The notes: generated from the sequence alone by a model not told the origin. Shown: positions 12,910 to 25,830, numbered from the stretch's first letter. The stretch is 64,000 bases of DNA from Octopus vulgaris (GCA_951406725.2 OX597827.1:72168001-72232000); one strand, 5' to 3'. Numbers and translations are program-made.

Positions 12910-14138
12910 GTATGTGCTGGTTTTTTTTTTTGTTTTCCAACATCTACTCACCACCACTTTGTTTACAATTGAAAATAAAAAAGAAAAAGGAAGCAAAATT
13001 AATATTTTTTTCTTATTGAAATCAAATTCAATGACTGGCACCATCCGAGCATGATCGTTGCCAGAGCAACAAACTGGCTTCCGTGCCGGTGGCATGTAAA
13101 AAGCACCATTTGAGCATGATTGTTACCTGCGTTGCCTTACTGGCACTTGTGCATGTAAAAAAACGTTTGAACGAGGTCGTTGCCAGTGCCGCTGGACTGG
13201 CACCTGTGCAGGTGGCACATAAAAAGCACCATTTGAGCGTGGCCATTGCCAGTACCGCCTGACTGGCCCTCGTGTTGGTGGCACATAAAAGCACCCACTA
13301 CACTCTCAGAGTGGTTGGCGTTAGGAAGGGCATCCAGTTGTAGAAACTCTGCTAGATCAGATTGAAGCCTGGTGCAGCCATCTGGTTCACCAGACCTCAG
13401 TCAAATCGTCCAACCCATGCTTGCATGGAAAGCCAATGTTAAACGATGATGATGATGATGATTTTGCCATTCATCCATCTTCTCTGCTCGCTATCCTTGG
13501 GAGGATTGTGGGTATAGAATCCTCAGTCACCTCCTCTTTAGGGTCCTATCAGAAGTAACTATCATTAGACTTTCTGGCTGCATTCCCAAGCATTGACTAA
13601 CTGAAACCATGGATATTATCCAACCATCTTGTTCCTAGTCTACCTCTAGATTTCCTGGTTGGTGAGCTCAGCCTGAAGAATTTGTCTTGTGACTCTTTCC
13701 TGTGACATCCTAATCACATGTCTCTCGTAGCAGAGCTGTGACCTCTTGATGCAAAATAGCAGCTTGACCAGGAGAAACTCCCTAATTTTTTATCTATGCA
13801 TCCTGTTGCTTAACATTATTCCACGGATCCTTCTAAGGGTCTTCCTTTTCTTGTCCTTTCTTGTCTTGCAAGTTACTTGGCAACCTCTCCAGTGCTGGTG
13901 GCATGACAAATGTACTTGGTACACACTGTAAAGGGATCAGCTTTAGGAGGGGGCCCTCCAACCGTAGAAAGCATGTCAAAGCTGACATGGAACCTATGAA
14001 GCCTTGTGGCTCACTGGATCCTGTCAAACTATCCTACCTAGGCCAGCATAGAAAACAGATGTTAAATGATGATGATGGTGGTGACACTTGAGCTGAGAAC
14101 TGGCTTTCTAAATGTCTTACCTTGCTTTTATGTTTCAG

Positions 14139-14341
14139 ACTGTTAAACGCCTGTACTCATGTGATAGATGACATAACACCTGGACCTCCCCAAATTAAAC
14201 CTTCCCTCCCATCGTTGCCTACTGCTCCTTCCCTTAGTCCAATCAAGCGGAAAGCCAAAGGAGATAAGGATGGCTCAGGGCCATCAGTACTTCTTGGATC
14301 AACCATCGATCCCAAAGCTTCAGCAAAATCCACACAAAAAG
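14139..14341 (+). CDS. HTT: HTT exon 9
   Basis: tttcag|...G|gtgag; LLNACTHVIDDITPGPPQIKPSLPSLPTAPSLSPIKRK. Confidence 0.95.
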
Positions 14342-14795
14342 GTGAGCCAAGTATTTTTTTTTAATTCTGTAATTTTACTTGTTTATTTGAATTTTTATTT
14401 TTCCTTTTTTTTTTCCTCTTTTTTAATTAAGGAAGTTTCCAATTATTTCATTTATTTTCTGTTCTAAAGAGAAACCAAATACACTGTGTGTGTATACAAT
14501 GATTCAAAAGTCTCTTTTAGCATTTTAATCTTATATATTGGCCACAGGCATGGCTGTGAAGTTCATAAGCTTGCTTTGCAATCATGTGGTTTCTCTTTGC
14601 TTTATTAGCGATCTTTATCTTCTTGAATCCTGTAGCAATGGTTACCATTTCTTTCTTTTCATTTCCATTCCCACATATTCTCGCTGTAAGGTTTTGTTTT
14701 GGTTTGTTTCCAGTACACTTTCACCTCCCTTCCTTTTATTTTGTTTAAAAATAAAAATAAAAAAAGTATTATTTTGATAATTCTTTATTTTGCAG

Positions 14796-14914
14796 AACGA
14801 GAGAAAGAAGTTGAAAGGGAAAAAAATCGTAAAGAAGGACTTGGAACTTTCTACAATCTACCTCAATATATGAGAGTTTATGATGTATTAAAAGGTGCTT
14901 ACTCTAACTACAAG
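14796..14914 (+). CDS. HTT: HTT exon 10
   Basis: ttgcag|...AAG|gtatg; GLGTFYNLPQYMRVYDVLKGAYSNYK. Confidence 0.94.
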
Positions 14915-15514
14915 GTATGCAAATGCTTCTAAATTTTATATTGTGTGCAGCAGATGGGGAAGCTTCTATGTTTTTTGCTTTACCTGCTAGAAATAGCAGT
15001 TATATCTTCTTGAATTTTACCAGAAAGGATAGAAAGAGAAAAGGAAGGACATAGTGTGGGAGCATACTATGTCATCATCACCACTATCATCATCATCATC
15101 ACGCTCAGATGGTGCTCTTAGCACCCTACTAGCACGGGGCACAAGTGCCAGTAAGGCAAAGCTGGTAACGATCACACTTGAATGGTGCCTTTTATGTGCC
15201 AGTTGCCAGTTAGCCGCTCTGTCAATGATCACGCTCGTATGTTGCTCGTACCTGTCATCGAATTTCACTTTGATTTTGGAGCCTGGTGCAGCCATCTGGT
15301 CCCGCCAGCCCACAGTCAAACCGTCCAACCCATGCTAGCATGGAAAGCAGACATTAAACGATGATTATGATGATGATGATGATGATGATATAAACAGTAT
15401 ACATAATATGAATTCCTCATATCACAAATGTAGGATTGAATTGAATTCTTTGTCTATGACATGGCTGGTGTTTTGATGATTTCGTCTCTTAGAGCACATT
15501 TGTTTCTTTTATAG

Positions 15515-15700
15515 ATCTCTCTGGATTTGAATGTATCAGACAAATTTGGCAGCTTATTGAAAGTAGCACTGGAAGTGTTTGCTAAATTACTGGAAATTTC
15601 CTCGCTCTTCGACATTGGAAAATATGCAGAAGAATTTCTAACTTATTTGAAGACAACATTTTCAATGGAGGCCACAAGCACTGTTCTCTGTGTTCAACAG
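15515..15700 (+). CDS. HTT: HTT exon 11
   Basis: ttatag|...CAG|gtttg; ISLDLNVSDKFG...DIGKYAEEFLTYLK...CVQQ. Confidence 0.95.
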
Positions 15701-15862
15701 GTTTGTTCTGTGTAAATTTACTTTTATTTAAAAAAAAAAACCCCAACATTTTCATGTTTTCATATGAAGTCAATGTGAATTAAAAAATGAAATATAAGTG
15801 ATTTTTTTTTTTATTACTTTATCACTTTGCAAGCTCTTACTCTCTGTTTTTTTATGTTTCAG

Positions 15863-16083
15863 CTGCTGAAAGCACTCTTTGGTACGAACCTGTCTAGCCA
15901 GTGGGAGCTTCCCCAAAACTTGAACTGTTCCCATCTACGGCATGGGAAAAGCAGTCGTTTGTCGACCAACATGAAACCTGGCTTATACCATTGCTGCTTT
16001 ACACATCCCTATACTCAGTTCACTCAGAGTCTGGCAGGAGCTGCTTTCAGAAGTGGTCAGGCAGACCAAGAGGACAGTACAAA
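15863..16083 (+). CDS. HTT: HTT exon 12
   Basis: tttcag|...AA|gtatg; LLKALFGTNLSSQW...PGLYHCCFTHPYTQFTQSLA. Confidence 0.95.
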
Positions 16084-18393
16084 GTATGGGTCATTACAGA
16101 ATTTCAATTTTGTTGTTGCAGTTAGTGTAATGAAGGTGGATGTGACGTAATGATCATTAACGAGATTTAGAATGTCTCTGAAATGAGTTGTTGTTAATAA
16201 GATTATAGCTCTTAGAACTATTAACTTTTCTTAAAATATTTCCACCAACATTACACATTGATTGATTGATTTTGATCTGTCATTAATCATTTGTCTTATT
16301 CATGAATATCTAAATAGCTGAGAGGCTTTGTTTTTAATAGCTTCTTTACGATAAAAACCTGCTCTGCCACTCTACCCATTTCCCTCATTCTCTAACACCT
16401 CATCACCTAGCATAAAACCGACCACACTCTGTCAGGTTTTGTAGTCTTGTGGGCTGCATGGTGACCTCACTAATACTAGTGGCATGAAAAAAGCACCCAG
16501 TACACATTGTAAAGTGGTTGGTGCTAGGAAGGAGATCCACTTGTAGAAACTGTGCCAAAGCTATTACTAGGGCACAATGAAGTCCTTGGACACATCGGAT
16601 CCCAACTTATGCCAGAATGGAACATGGATGTTAAATGATGATGATAATGATGATGATGATCATCATTTAACGCCTGCTTTCCATGCTAGCATGGGTTGGA
16701 CGATTTTGACTGAGGGCTGGTGAACCAGGTGGCTGCACCAGGCTCCAATCTTGATCTGGCAGAGTTTCTACAGCTGGATGCCCTTCCTAACGCCAACCAC
16801 TCCGAGAATGTAATGATGATATTTTAAACTGTTTATCATTGTCATAATTTTACATCTGTTTTTCCATGCTGGCATAGATTGGATGGATGGGTTGTTGACT
16901 TCCCCATCACACTCTCTTGTTATTCTTTGCAGTCCGTTATTATCTCCTTTGTGAGGTCCAGTACATTGAGATCAAACTTCACTTCTTCTGCCGGTTCCTC
17001 CTTCTCATGTTGCTCGACCTACCTTCACCTTTACCCATCTACCACCCCTCATACATATCACATGTTCATACCAACAGTGTCTTCTCTCCATCTGATTCCT
17101 CTCATATACTTTTTTTGTCTCTGTTCATCTGTACTTCATTACCATCATCATCATCATCGTTTAGCATCTGCTTTCCATGCTAGCATGGATTACACATTCA
17201 GCATTGCATGAATCAAGCTTCATTTCTTTCTGCTATCCAGAATCACACTTCATACGTAAGCATCATACAATTTGCTCTTCACTCAAAGAGAGAAACCCTT
17301 TCTTGTCAACAGGTACAAAAGTTCCCTGAACTTTTTACACTCTGCGCTTACCCTGGTTATTATACTTTCAAAAGAACTACCTCCATTGCTGATTAGGTCA
17401 TCTAGATAACAGATGTTGTGAGCCTTCTGGGTATTTGTGGGATTACATGACTGAGGTGGTAGTGAATCTTAATTGCTAACTGATCCTCTGAATCTATTAT
17501 GTATAAAGTCCTTATCTGTCAGCCTGTTGATTGAGATCTCACTGCATCTTTTGCAGTTCTATAATTTACAGTGGGTATTCAGCTTAGAATGATTCCTACC
17601 TGTTCTTCTGTGTGGGAGTATGTGGGTTAGTGGTTAGTGTATTACATTTGGGTTCATAAGATTGTAGTTTCAACTCCTGGACTGGGTGATGCCTTGTGTT
17701 CTTGAGCAAAGCACTTCATTTCACATTGCTCCAGTCCAATCGGTTAGCAAAAACGAGTATTCTTGCAATGGACTGACATCCTGTGTAATGGGAGAATATA
17801 TATACTCCAGAGAATTTGGGAAACCAGCCTTATGAGCTTGCGGCTCAGGTTGGACCTTTGATCTATTTTTTTTTTTGTTCTTTTCTGTATGATGGCAACT
17901 TCCCAAATGGCAGTAGGATTCTACCATCTGCTAATTAAAACTATTAATCTCATTAAATTTTACATTCCTCCAATATTTGTCATTACAAAGCTTCCAAGTT
18001 CATAATTTGCTTCTTTATATTTCCTTAAAAATTATTTTATTTGTTGCGGTCATTCTAGCTCTTGCCATCATCATTTCAACCTAGCTGTATGCAGTGTACC
18101 ATTTGGACATAAAATACACTTCTGTAGTTAGTGGGAGCATGTTATAATTGATGAATGTTAAGCGAGTTTGTAGCACTGCCCTTCAATCCTCCTCCTGCAG
18201 GCTACTTGTGGCGTGGATGGAGATGTATATTACCAAGTTATTACAGGTTGTAATATTGAAAATGGTGTAAATTTTCGCTGGAACCATCTGAATTTTTGCT
18301 AACCAAAAAACATTGATTCCAAAGTTTGTTGATTGTAAAACATAATTATGTTATGTTTTAAATTCAAATAATTGATGTTTTTTTTTTTTTCAG

Positions 18394-18469
18394 TAGCCTT
18401 GCCTGGTTTAAAAAACGAATTGAACGGAAGACTCCTGCTATATTGAAACCTGGTAGCCGTACCGACAAG
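18394..18469 (+). CDS. HTT: HTT exon 13
   Basis: poly-T cag|...AAG|gtaag; SLAWFKKRIERKTPAILKPGSRTDK; phase 2 to 0 bridges its neighbours; NAGNAG acceptor. Confidence 0.87.
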
Positions 18470-18673
18470 GTAAGTCCATGTGTCCCCCCCCCCCCCATCC
18501 GTCTGTTTGTGTCCCCTATTTTCATGCATGTGGCTATAATACTATAGAAAGCCAAGCTGTGTTGAATCTACAGAACTGGTTCCTGTATAGTTTCTGCAGT
18601 GTTCAGCAGACAAGAGAAAAATATTCTCTTTGATAAGCATGTTCCATATTTATAGCATTTTAATTTAAATCCT

Positions 18674-19097
18674 TACTCTCTTTACTCCTTTACTCTTTTA
18701 CTTGTTTCAGTCATTTGATTGTGGCCATACTGGAGCACCACCTTTAGTCAAGCAAATCGACCCCAGGGCTTATTATTTATAAGCCAAGTACTTATTCTAT
18801 TAGTCTCTTTTGCCGAACCGCTAAATTACGGGGACGTAAACACACCAGCATCGGTTGTCATGTGATGTTGGGGGTACAAACACAGACACACAAATACACA
18901 CACACACACACACATATATATACACATATATACAACGGGCTTCTTTCAGTTTCTGTCTACCAAATCTACTCACAAGGCTTTGGTCAGCCCGAGGCTATAG
19001 CAGTAGAAACTTGCCCAAGGTGCCACGTAGTGGGACTGAACCTGGAACCATGTGGTTCGTAAGCAAGCTACTTACCACACAGCCACTCTACTCCTAC
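18674..19097 (-). mobile_element. SINE family 1 copy
   Basis: Reverse complement of the 7063-7450 family. Confidence 0.85.
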
Positions 19098-19417
19098 ACC
19101 ATTATAGAAAATTTAAGTCTATTTTCAAAATTTTTCTTTTTTTTCTTTGTTCCTTAAATGTTTTTTTTACTCAGATGCTCTAGAAGCATTTGCAAGTTTT
19201 TTCTTCAAAGACTTAAATTGAAGTTTAAAGTAAATTTTCTCAAATATCTTTTTGGATACATTTTTTATTTACATTTATATATTTTTTTTATACTTGTTTC
19301 TTTGTCTTCCTCATTTTTTCTTCCCTTTTTCCCTATCTGAACTGTTCTGTTTTTTTTTTCTCTTGTGCAATTTCACTCTGTTAATTAAAATTTCCGTTTC
19401 CTCTTTCTCTTCTCAAG

Positions 19418-19579
19418 TCTTCAATTGCATGGTACATCCGATTGTTTGAGCCGCTGGTCATCAAGGCTCTTAAGCAGTACACTGTGACCAGCTCTCTGCC
19501 ACTGCAGACTGAAGTGCTGGGTTTGTTGTCCCAGTTGGTACAGTTGAGGGTCAATTACTGTCTTTTGGATTCTGATCAG
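19418..19579 (+). CDS. HTT: HTT exon 14
   Basis: ctcaag|...CAG|gtaac; [22 protein letters not shown]...[15 protein letters not shown]. Confidence 0.96.
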
Positions 19580-19594
19580 GTAACATCATAAGAT

Positions 19595-19955
19595 CTTTTT
19601 TCTCCTCCCCTCCACCTCTTCTTCCACCACCTCCTCTTCCACCTCCTCCTCCACCTCTTCCTCTTCCTCCACCTCCTCTTTCACCTCCTCCCCATCCACC
19701 TCCCCATCCACCTCCTCCTTCCCCCTCCTCGTCCTCGTCCTCTTCCACCTCCTCCTTCCCCCTTCGTCCTCTCCTTCCCCCTCCTTAAATCCTCCTCCTC
19801 CTCCTCTTCCACCTCCTCCTTCCCCCCTTCGTCCTCGCCTTCCCCCTCCTTCCATCCTCCTCCTCCTCCTCTTTCTGCTCTCAATCCTCCTCCTCTCCCT
19901 CCCCCACCTTCCTCCTGCAGCCTTTCTCCTTCCCTAGTCAATCCCCCCTCCTCAT
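19595..19955. repeat. (CCT)n polypyrimidine low-complexity tract
   Basis: ~350 nt of almost pure C/T starting just after the exon 14 donor. Confidence 0.9.
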
Positions 19956-20630
19956 TAATCCGTTCCTGCCCCCCCCCCCCAAACCACCCAAAAACAATTT
20001 TTCATGGGTTTTAAAACAGAAAAGGTGTAGTTACAAGTAAAATGGCAATTATAAAAAATAGAGAATGCAAAAAGAAATATGTAAACTTGTTTTATTAACT
20101 GAATTACGTTAAAGGTGGGATGATTTGTGTGCTTCAAGACAAAAATTGTATGAGTCTCAGCTCGTAGAGCAAATGACTTGTACAATGGTGCACTCATACT
20201 ACAAGGTTCTACTGTATGTATGTATATGTGTGTGTGTGTATATATTTATATATGTGTATCTGAACACTGGCTCCTGTGTTGGTGGCACATAAAAAGCACC
20301 ATCCGAACATGGCCGTTGCCAGCGCTGCCTTGCCTAGCTTCCATGCCAGTGGCACGTTAAAAGCTCCAACCAATCGTGGCCGAAGCCAGACGCCCCTGGC
20401 ACCTGTGCAGGTGGCACGTAAAAAGCACCCACTACACTCGCGGAGTGGTTGGCGTTAGGAAGGGCATCCAGCTGTAGAAACTCTGCCAGATCAGACTGGA
20501 GCCTGGTGCAGCCCCTGGCTTCCCAGACCCCGGTCGAACTGTCCAACCCGTGCTAGCACGGAAAACGGACGTTTAACGATGATGATGATGATTGTATTAT
20601 GGTTAAAATGATGCAATTTTTTACTTACAG

Positions 20631-20686
20631 ATTTTCATTGGTTTTGTCATAAAACAATTTGAATACATCGAAGAAGGGCAGATAAG
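20631..20686 (+). CDS. HTT: HTT exon 15
   Basis: ttacag|...AG|gtaag; IFIGFVIKQFEYIEEGQIR. Confidence 0.96.
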
Positions 20687-21532
20687 GTAAGAGTTTGATA
20701 TTCTTTTCTACTTTAGGCACAAGGCCCGAAATTTTTGGAGAGGGGGCCAGTCAATTAGATCAACCCCAGTACACAGCTGGTACTTAATTTATTGATCCCC
20801 AAAAGGATGAAAGGCAAAGTCGACCTTGGTGGAATTTGAACTCAGAATGTAAAGACAGATGAAATACCGCTAAGCATTTTGCCTGGCGTACTAACATTTC
20901 TTCCAGCTCACTGCCTTAGAGATGGTTTGATATTACTGGCATAAATGCCATCTTTACGTTCTGAGTTCAAATTCTGCCGAGGTTGATTTTGCCTTTCATC
21001 CTTTCAGGGGTTGGGGGGGTCAAGAAAATAAGTACCGGTTTAATATTAGGGTTGATGCAATTGACCCCCCCACCCCCACCCCCTGAACTTGCTGGCCTTG
21101 TGCCAAAATTTGAAACCAATGTTATTGTCATAAATAAGAGTTTCAATTTAAGGTTTTAGTTTCAAAAGACAGAACAACTTATTGGATGAAGTTGCCTTAG
21201 ATACACCATGACTGAATAAAAGACCGGATGGTCATGGTTGGAACACATCTGATCAGGGCTGACCTGGTCTAAGACAACTACAGACACCAAAATTGGGGTT
21301 TGCTTCTGATTTGATGATATTGTTTTTCTTTTTTCTTTTTATTTATTTCAGTCACTAGACTGTGGCCATGCTGGGGCACCAACTTGAAAAATTTTAGTTG
21401 AACGAATCAACACCAGTACCTATTTTACTGAGCCTGATTCTTATTCTATTGGTCTCTTTTGCTAAGCTGCTAAGGGACATAAACACACCCACACCGGTTT
21501 TCAAGTAGTAGCGGGGACAGACAGACAGACAA

Positions 21533-21567
<35 letters not shown>

Positions 21568-21583
21568 CATATATATATATATA

Positions 21584-21754
21584 GGTGTAGGAGTGGGCGT
21601 GTGGTAAGTAGCTTGCTTACCAACCACATGGTCCCGGGTTCAGTCCCACTGTGTGGCACCTTGGGCAAGTGTCTTCTACTATAGCCTCGGGCCGACCAAA
21701 GCCTTGTGAGTGGATTTGGTAGACGGAAACTGAAAGAAGCCCGTCGTATATATG

Positions 21755-21785
<31 letters not shown>

Positions 21786-21992
21786 ATATGTTTGGGTGTC
21801 TGTGTTTGTCCCCCCAACATCGCTTGACAACCGATGCTGGTGTGTTTATGTCTCCGTAACTTAGTGGTTTAGCAAAAGAGAACGATAGAATAAGTACTAG
21901 GCTTACAAAGAATAAGTCCTGGTGTCGATTTGCTTAACTAAAAGGCGGTGCTCCAGCATGGCCGCAGTCAAATGACTGAAACAAGTAAAAGA
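21584..21992 (+). mobile_element. SINE family 1 copy, flanked by inverted partial copies
   Basis: Near-consensus copy; minus-strand fragments at ~21345-21560 and ~22015-22180. Confidence 0.85.
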
Positions 21993-22233
21993 GATACATA
22001 GATACATACATATATGACAGGCTTCTTTCAGTTTCTTTCTACCAAAATTCCACTCACAAGGCTTTTGTTGGTCTGAGGCCATATAATAGAAGACACTTGC
22101 CCAAAGTGCCATGCAGTGGGACTGAACCCAGAACCATATGGTTGGGAAGGAAACTACTTTACCACACAGCTATGCCCGCACTTCCTTTATAATTACAATG
22201 CTTTTTTTTTACTTCAATTTTCTTGTCCTTCAG

Positions 22234-22382
22234 ATATTCCGAAAGTCTAGTACCCCACATCTTCCAATTTCTGGTGATGCTCTCATATGAAAAGTTCCAT
22301 ACCAAGCCAATCATTGGTATTCCTAAAATAATACAACTCTGTGATGGAATCATGGCAAGTGGCTTACAGCCTACAACACACG
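22234..22382 (+). CDS. HTT: HTT exon 16
   Basis: cttcag|...G|gtgag; [32 protein letters not shown]. Confidence 0.97.
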
Positions 22383-22708
22383 GTGAGTGTGGCAGAGTGT
22401 CTTGCCTGTTTGTTCATTTAATATCTGTCTTTTCATGCTAGCATGGTTTGGTTGGGAATTTGACTTTGAGGCAGGATTTTAAGGCCAGATGCTCTTCCTG
22501 ATGCCAACCCTCGCCTGTTTTTTTTGCAGGTAAACGATCTTTGTATTCTGCAGGGTGACTGGTCCGTAATATTACAAAGAATATTAACACCAGCACTGCT
22601 TCACTTACACTTACACAGCGACATGCAAAAATCAAAATTTATGCACATTTACACACACACATGCATGCAAGCAAGCACACACACACACACATGCATGCAC
22701 ACTCACAC

Positions 22709-22767
<59 letters not shown>

Positions 22768-24228
22768 ACAGGCATAATAGTTTGTTTACTAAATTTAACG
22801 ACATCATTGATTGTTTTGCTAGATCACGCCTGCGTCCATGTGTACGTGGGCGATACTGCGTGCTGAGGTTTGTTCTTTCGATTTCGGGCATGGTAGCGCG
22901 GTGGAGCTCCGGGCGACGGGCGCAGGCCTGGCGCAAGCCCGCTGCTGGCGGCCAATACCTGCACTGGCCGCAGTTGTCATCTTTCGGGAATTTACGGAAG
23001 ATCTTGCCCAAGCTGCCTGTAGTGGGATTAAACTCAAAACTGTGATACCATACTGTAATACTGTGTGGACCAAGAATCTTATTGACTGGTTCCTGTTATG
23101 TACAGTCTGACCTGCTTCAGTCTTTTAATAGGTTAAGTCTTCTAATTTGTACAATCAAAGTTGTGTTGTTCGCTTTGGTGACTCCATTAGCACAGTTGCA
23201 TAGTTTTTCAGCAGCCATAGCATTGGAACTCTCCTTCCAGCTGGGCTTGGTCATGTATCACCTCTGCAGCAACATGCCTATTCTTGTCTCTCCCTTTCAA
23301 CCCCTTGCAGAAAGCCACATCCCTCTCTCCTACATCCTCCACTCAGTTGAAAGGGCTTGTTTTGCAAGTTACTTGGTGGCATCACTAATACTGTAAAAGT
23401 ACAACCCACTACACTCTGACATTAGGAAGGGCCAGAGGACTGCACTGAGGTCCCTTGCCCTTCAAATGCCAGAGTGTTCTAGTGGGGCCACCAAGTAACT
23501 TGCATCTCTATTACATACTCCACTCAAATGAGTGGAGTATGTAATAGAGATGGATGTGCCCTTATACAAAGGGTTGAGAGGTTGAGAGTCTGTCGAACTG
23601 TCCAACCCATTTCCGTGTGGAATACATGTTGAATGATGATGGTGCTATATATGTATCATCATCATCGTTTAATGTCCATTTTCCATGCTGGCATTGGTTG
23701 GATGATTTGACTGAGGTCTGGAGAGCCAGTGACTGCACCAAGCTCCAATCTGATCTGGCAATGTTTCTACAGCTGGATGCCCTCCCTCATGTAGGGCTTT
23801 TTATGTGCCACCAGTACAGGAGCCAGTCAGGCGGGCCTGGCATTGATATATATATATATATATATAGCTTGTTATGATCAAGAAGGTGAATCACAATGAC
23901 CTTTTCGTGTGCACTGTTTGTGACAGATCATGCCTTTCTTTTTCTGGGCTCAAATCTCATTTGCAAACTCATGGAAAATGAACTTCCACCAACTATTCTG
24001 CTTATATGTCTGTGCACACCTTTCAATGCAGTGTATGCCAGAAGGTCTGCAAATCTAACAGACGCCTCAGAACTTATGTGCAGCTCTTGGTGCTCCAAGT
24101 TGGATATGCAATCTATGTGGGTGTCTTTTTCAAAACATTGTCTGGTTTAAAAAGCCACGTCAGATGACATGATGGTTCTAAGTTGTAGGTGCAGGCAGTG
24201 GTCAAACTCTGCATAAGGAGTAGACATC

Positions 24229-24283
<55 letters not shown>

Positions 24284-24494
24284 TGCATGCATGCATGCAT
24301 CCATACATCCATACGAACGAATGAACGAAGTTCTTTAGTTTAGGCTCTATAGGTACAAAAAAATTAAGTTGCAAATTAATTATTAAAAGAATCATCCTGT
24401 TTTCTCTTGAAAATTCTTAATCTTAATTGTTTTAATTGTTTTGTTGTTGTTGTCAAAACAACTTCAATCTTACTTCCTTGTTTCTCTTCCACAG

Positions 24495-24631
24495 CCATTC
24501 CAGCTCTACAACCTATAGTCTATGATTTGTTTCTTCTGCGAGGAACCAACAAAAGTGATGGCGGCAAGGACTTAGAAACACAGCGAGAAGTTGTTGTTTC
24601 AATGTTACTGCGGCTGATAAATTTCTATCAA
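24495..24631 (+). CDS. HTT: HTT exon 17
   Basis: ccacag|...CAA|gtacg; [19 protein letters not shown]...[16 protein letters not shown]. Confidence 0.96.
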
Positions 24632-24692
24632 GTACGTAACCCCATGAGAAATGGTGAACCCCTAGTATATCATCATCATCATCATCATCATC

Positions 24693-24724
<32 letters not shown>

Positions 24725-25327
24725 AGTTCAGCAAAAATTTAGATTCAAATGAATATGGTACTTAATTTAGATGCACCAGAATTTTGTATGGTGTTATCCA
24801 TAAAAATCCGTGGGGTGATTATAATCAAAGTAAGCAACAAGAATGACTCTGGTAATTTGGTACGATCGTTTCGTACTACATCATTTTATTAAATGTTGTA
24901 AGTATTACAACAGATTTAAGATGTTGCTTACTTTGAGTATATATATATATATAAATTTATAAATGAGGGTGAAAAATTGATATTAATTTAATAATACCAT
25001 TAATTTAACACCGAGTGGCTTAGCACAAAAAACTAGCGAGAAAATACAAATTTATACATAAATTATTAGAGAGTTAGCACTATGTGGATTGCTCTAGTGC
25101 TAAAAATAGCTCAGATAGTATAGCCACAGAAATAATGTTTCCAACTAGAAATAACATTACAAGTGTAATGTTATTTCTAGTTGGAAACATCATTTCTGTG
25201 GCTATACTATCTGAGCTATTTTTAGCACTAGAGCTATCCACATAGTGGTAACTCTCTAATAATTTATGTATATATATATATATATATTTATTTATTTCCA
25301 TTTCATTATTTTGCGTATTTTCTACAG

Positions 25328-25444
25328 GCTCTGGAAATGTTTGTCATCATTTTGCAACAGTGCAGGAAAGAAAATGAAGATAGATGGAAACGCTTGTCGA
25401 GACAAGTCACTGATATGGTTCTGCCTGCTTTGGCTAAGCAACAA
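25328..25444 (+). CDS. HTT: HTT exon 18
   Basis: ctacag|...CAA|gtgag; [26 protein letters not shown]...LAKQQ. Confidence 0.96.
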
Positions 25445-25654
25445 GTGAGTGCACAAATTCACTTCCACGATTCCTAGTTTACCATTGCTGTCAAAATTAA
25501 CATTCTTATACTTTTATTGTTTTCTTGAAACTTCTTTCTCTTTCGTTAACCTAGTTGTGTCTTTTTAGGCACATCAGGAATATATTATTATTATTTTTAT
25601 TATTTATTTTTAATCTGAATGTTTGTTACAATCACTCGGTGAGACACACTTAGC

Positions 25655-25784
25655 ATCCTATTGTTGTCATCATTGTCGTCGTCATCATCATCATCACAAC
25701 AACCACCTCCACTACCACCACCATCACCACCATCATCATCATCACCATCACCATCACCATCATCCCCTCCACCCCTCCATCCCC

Positions 25785-25830
<46 letters not shown>

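Noticed and set aside
19551-19941. Gly/Glu-rich minus-strand proteins
   Set aside because: These are translations of the (CCT)n tract.
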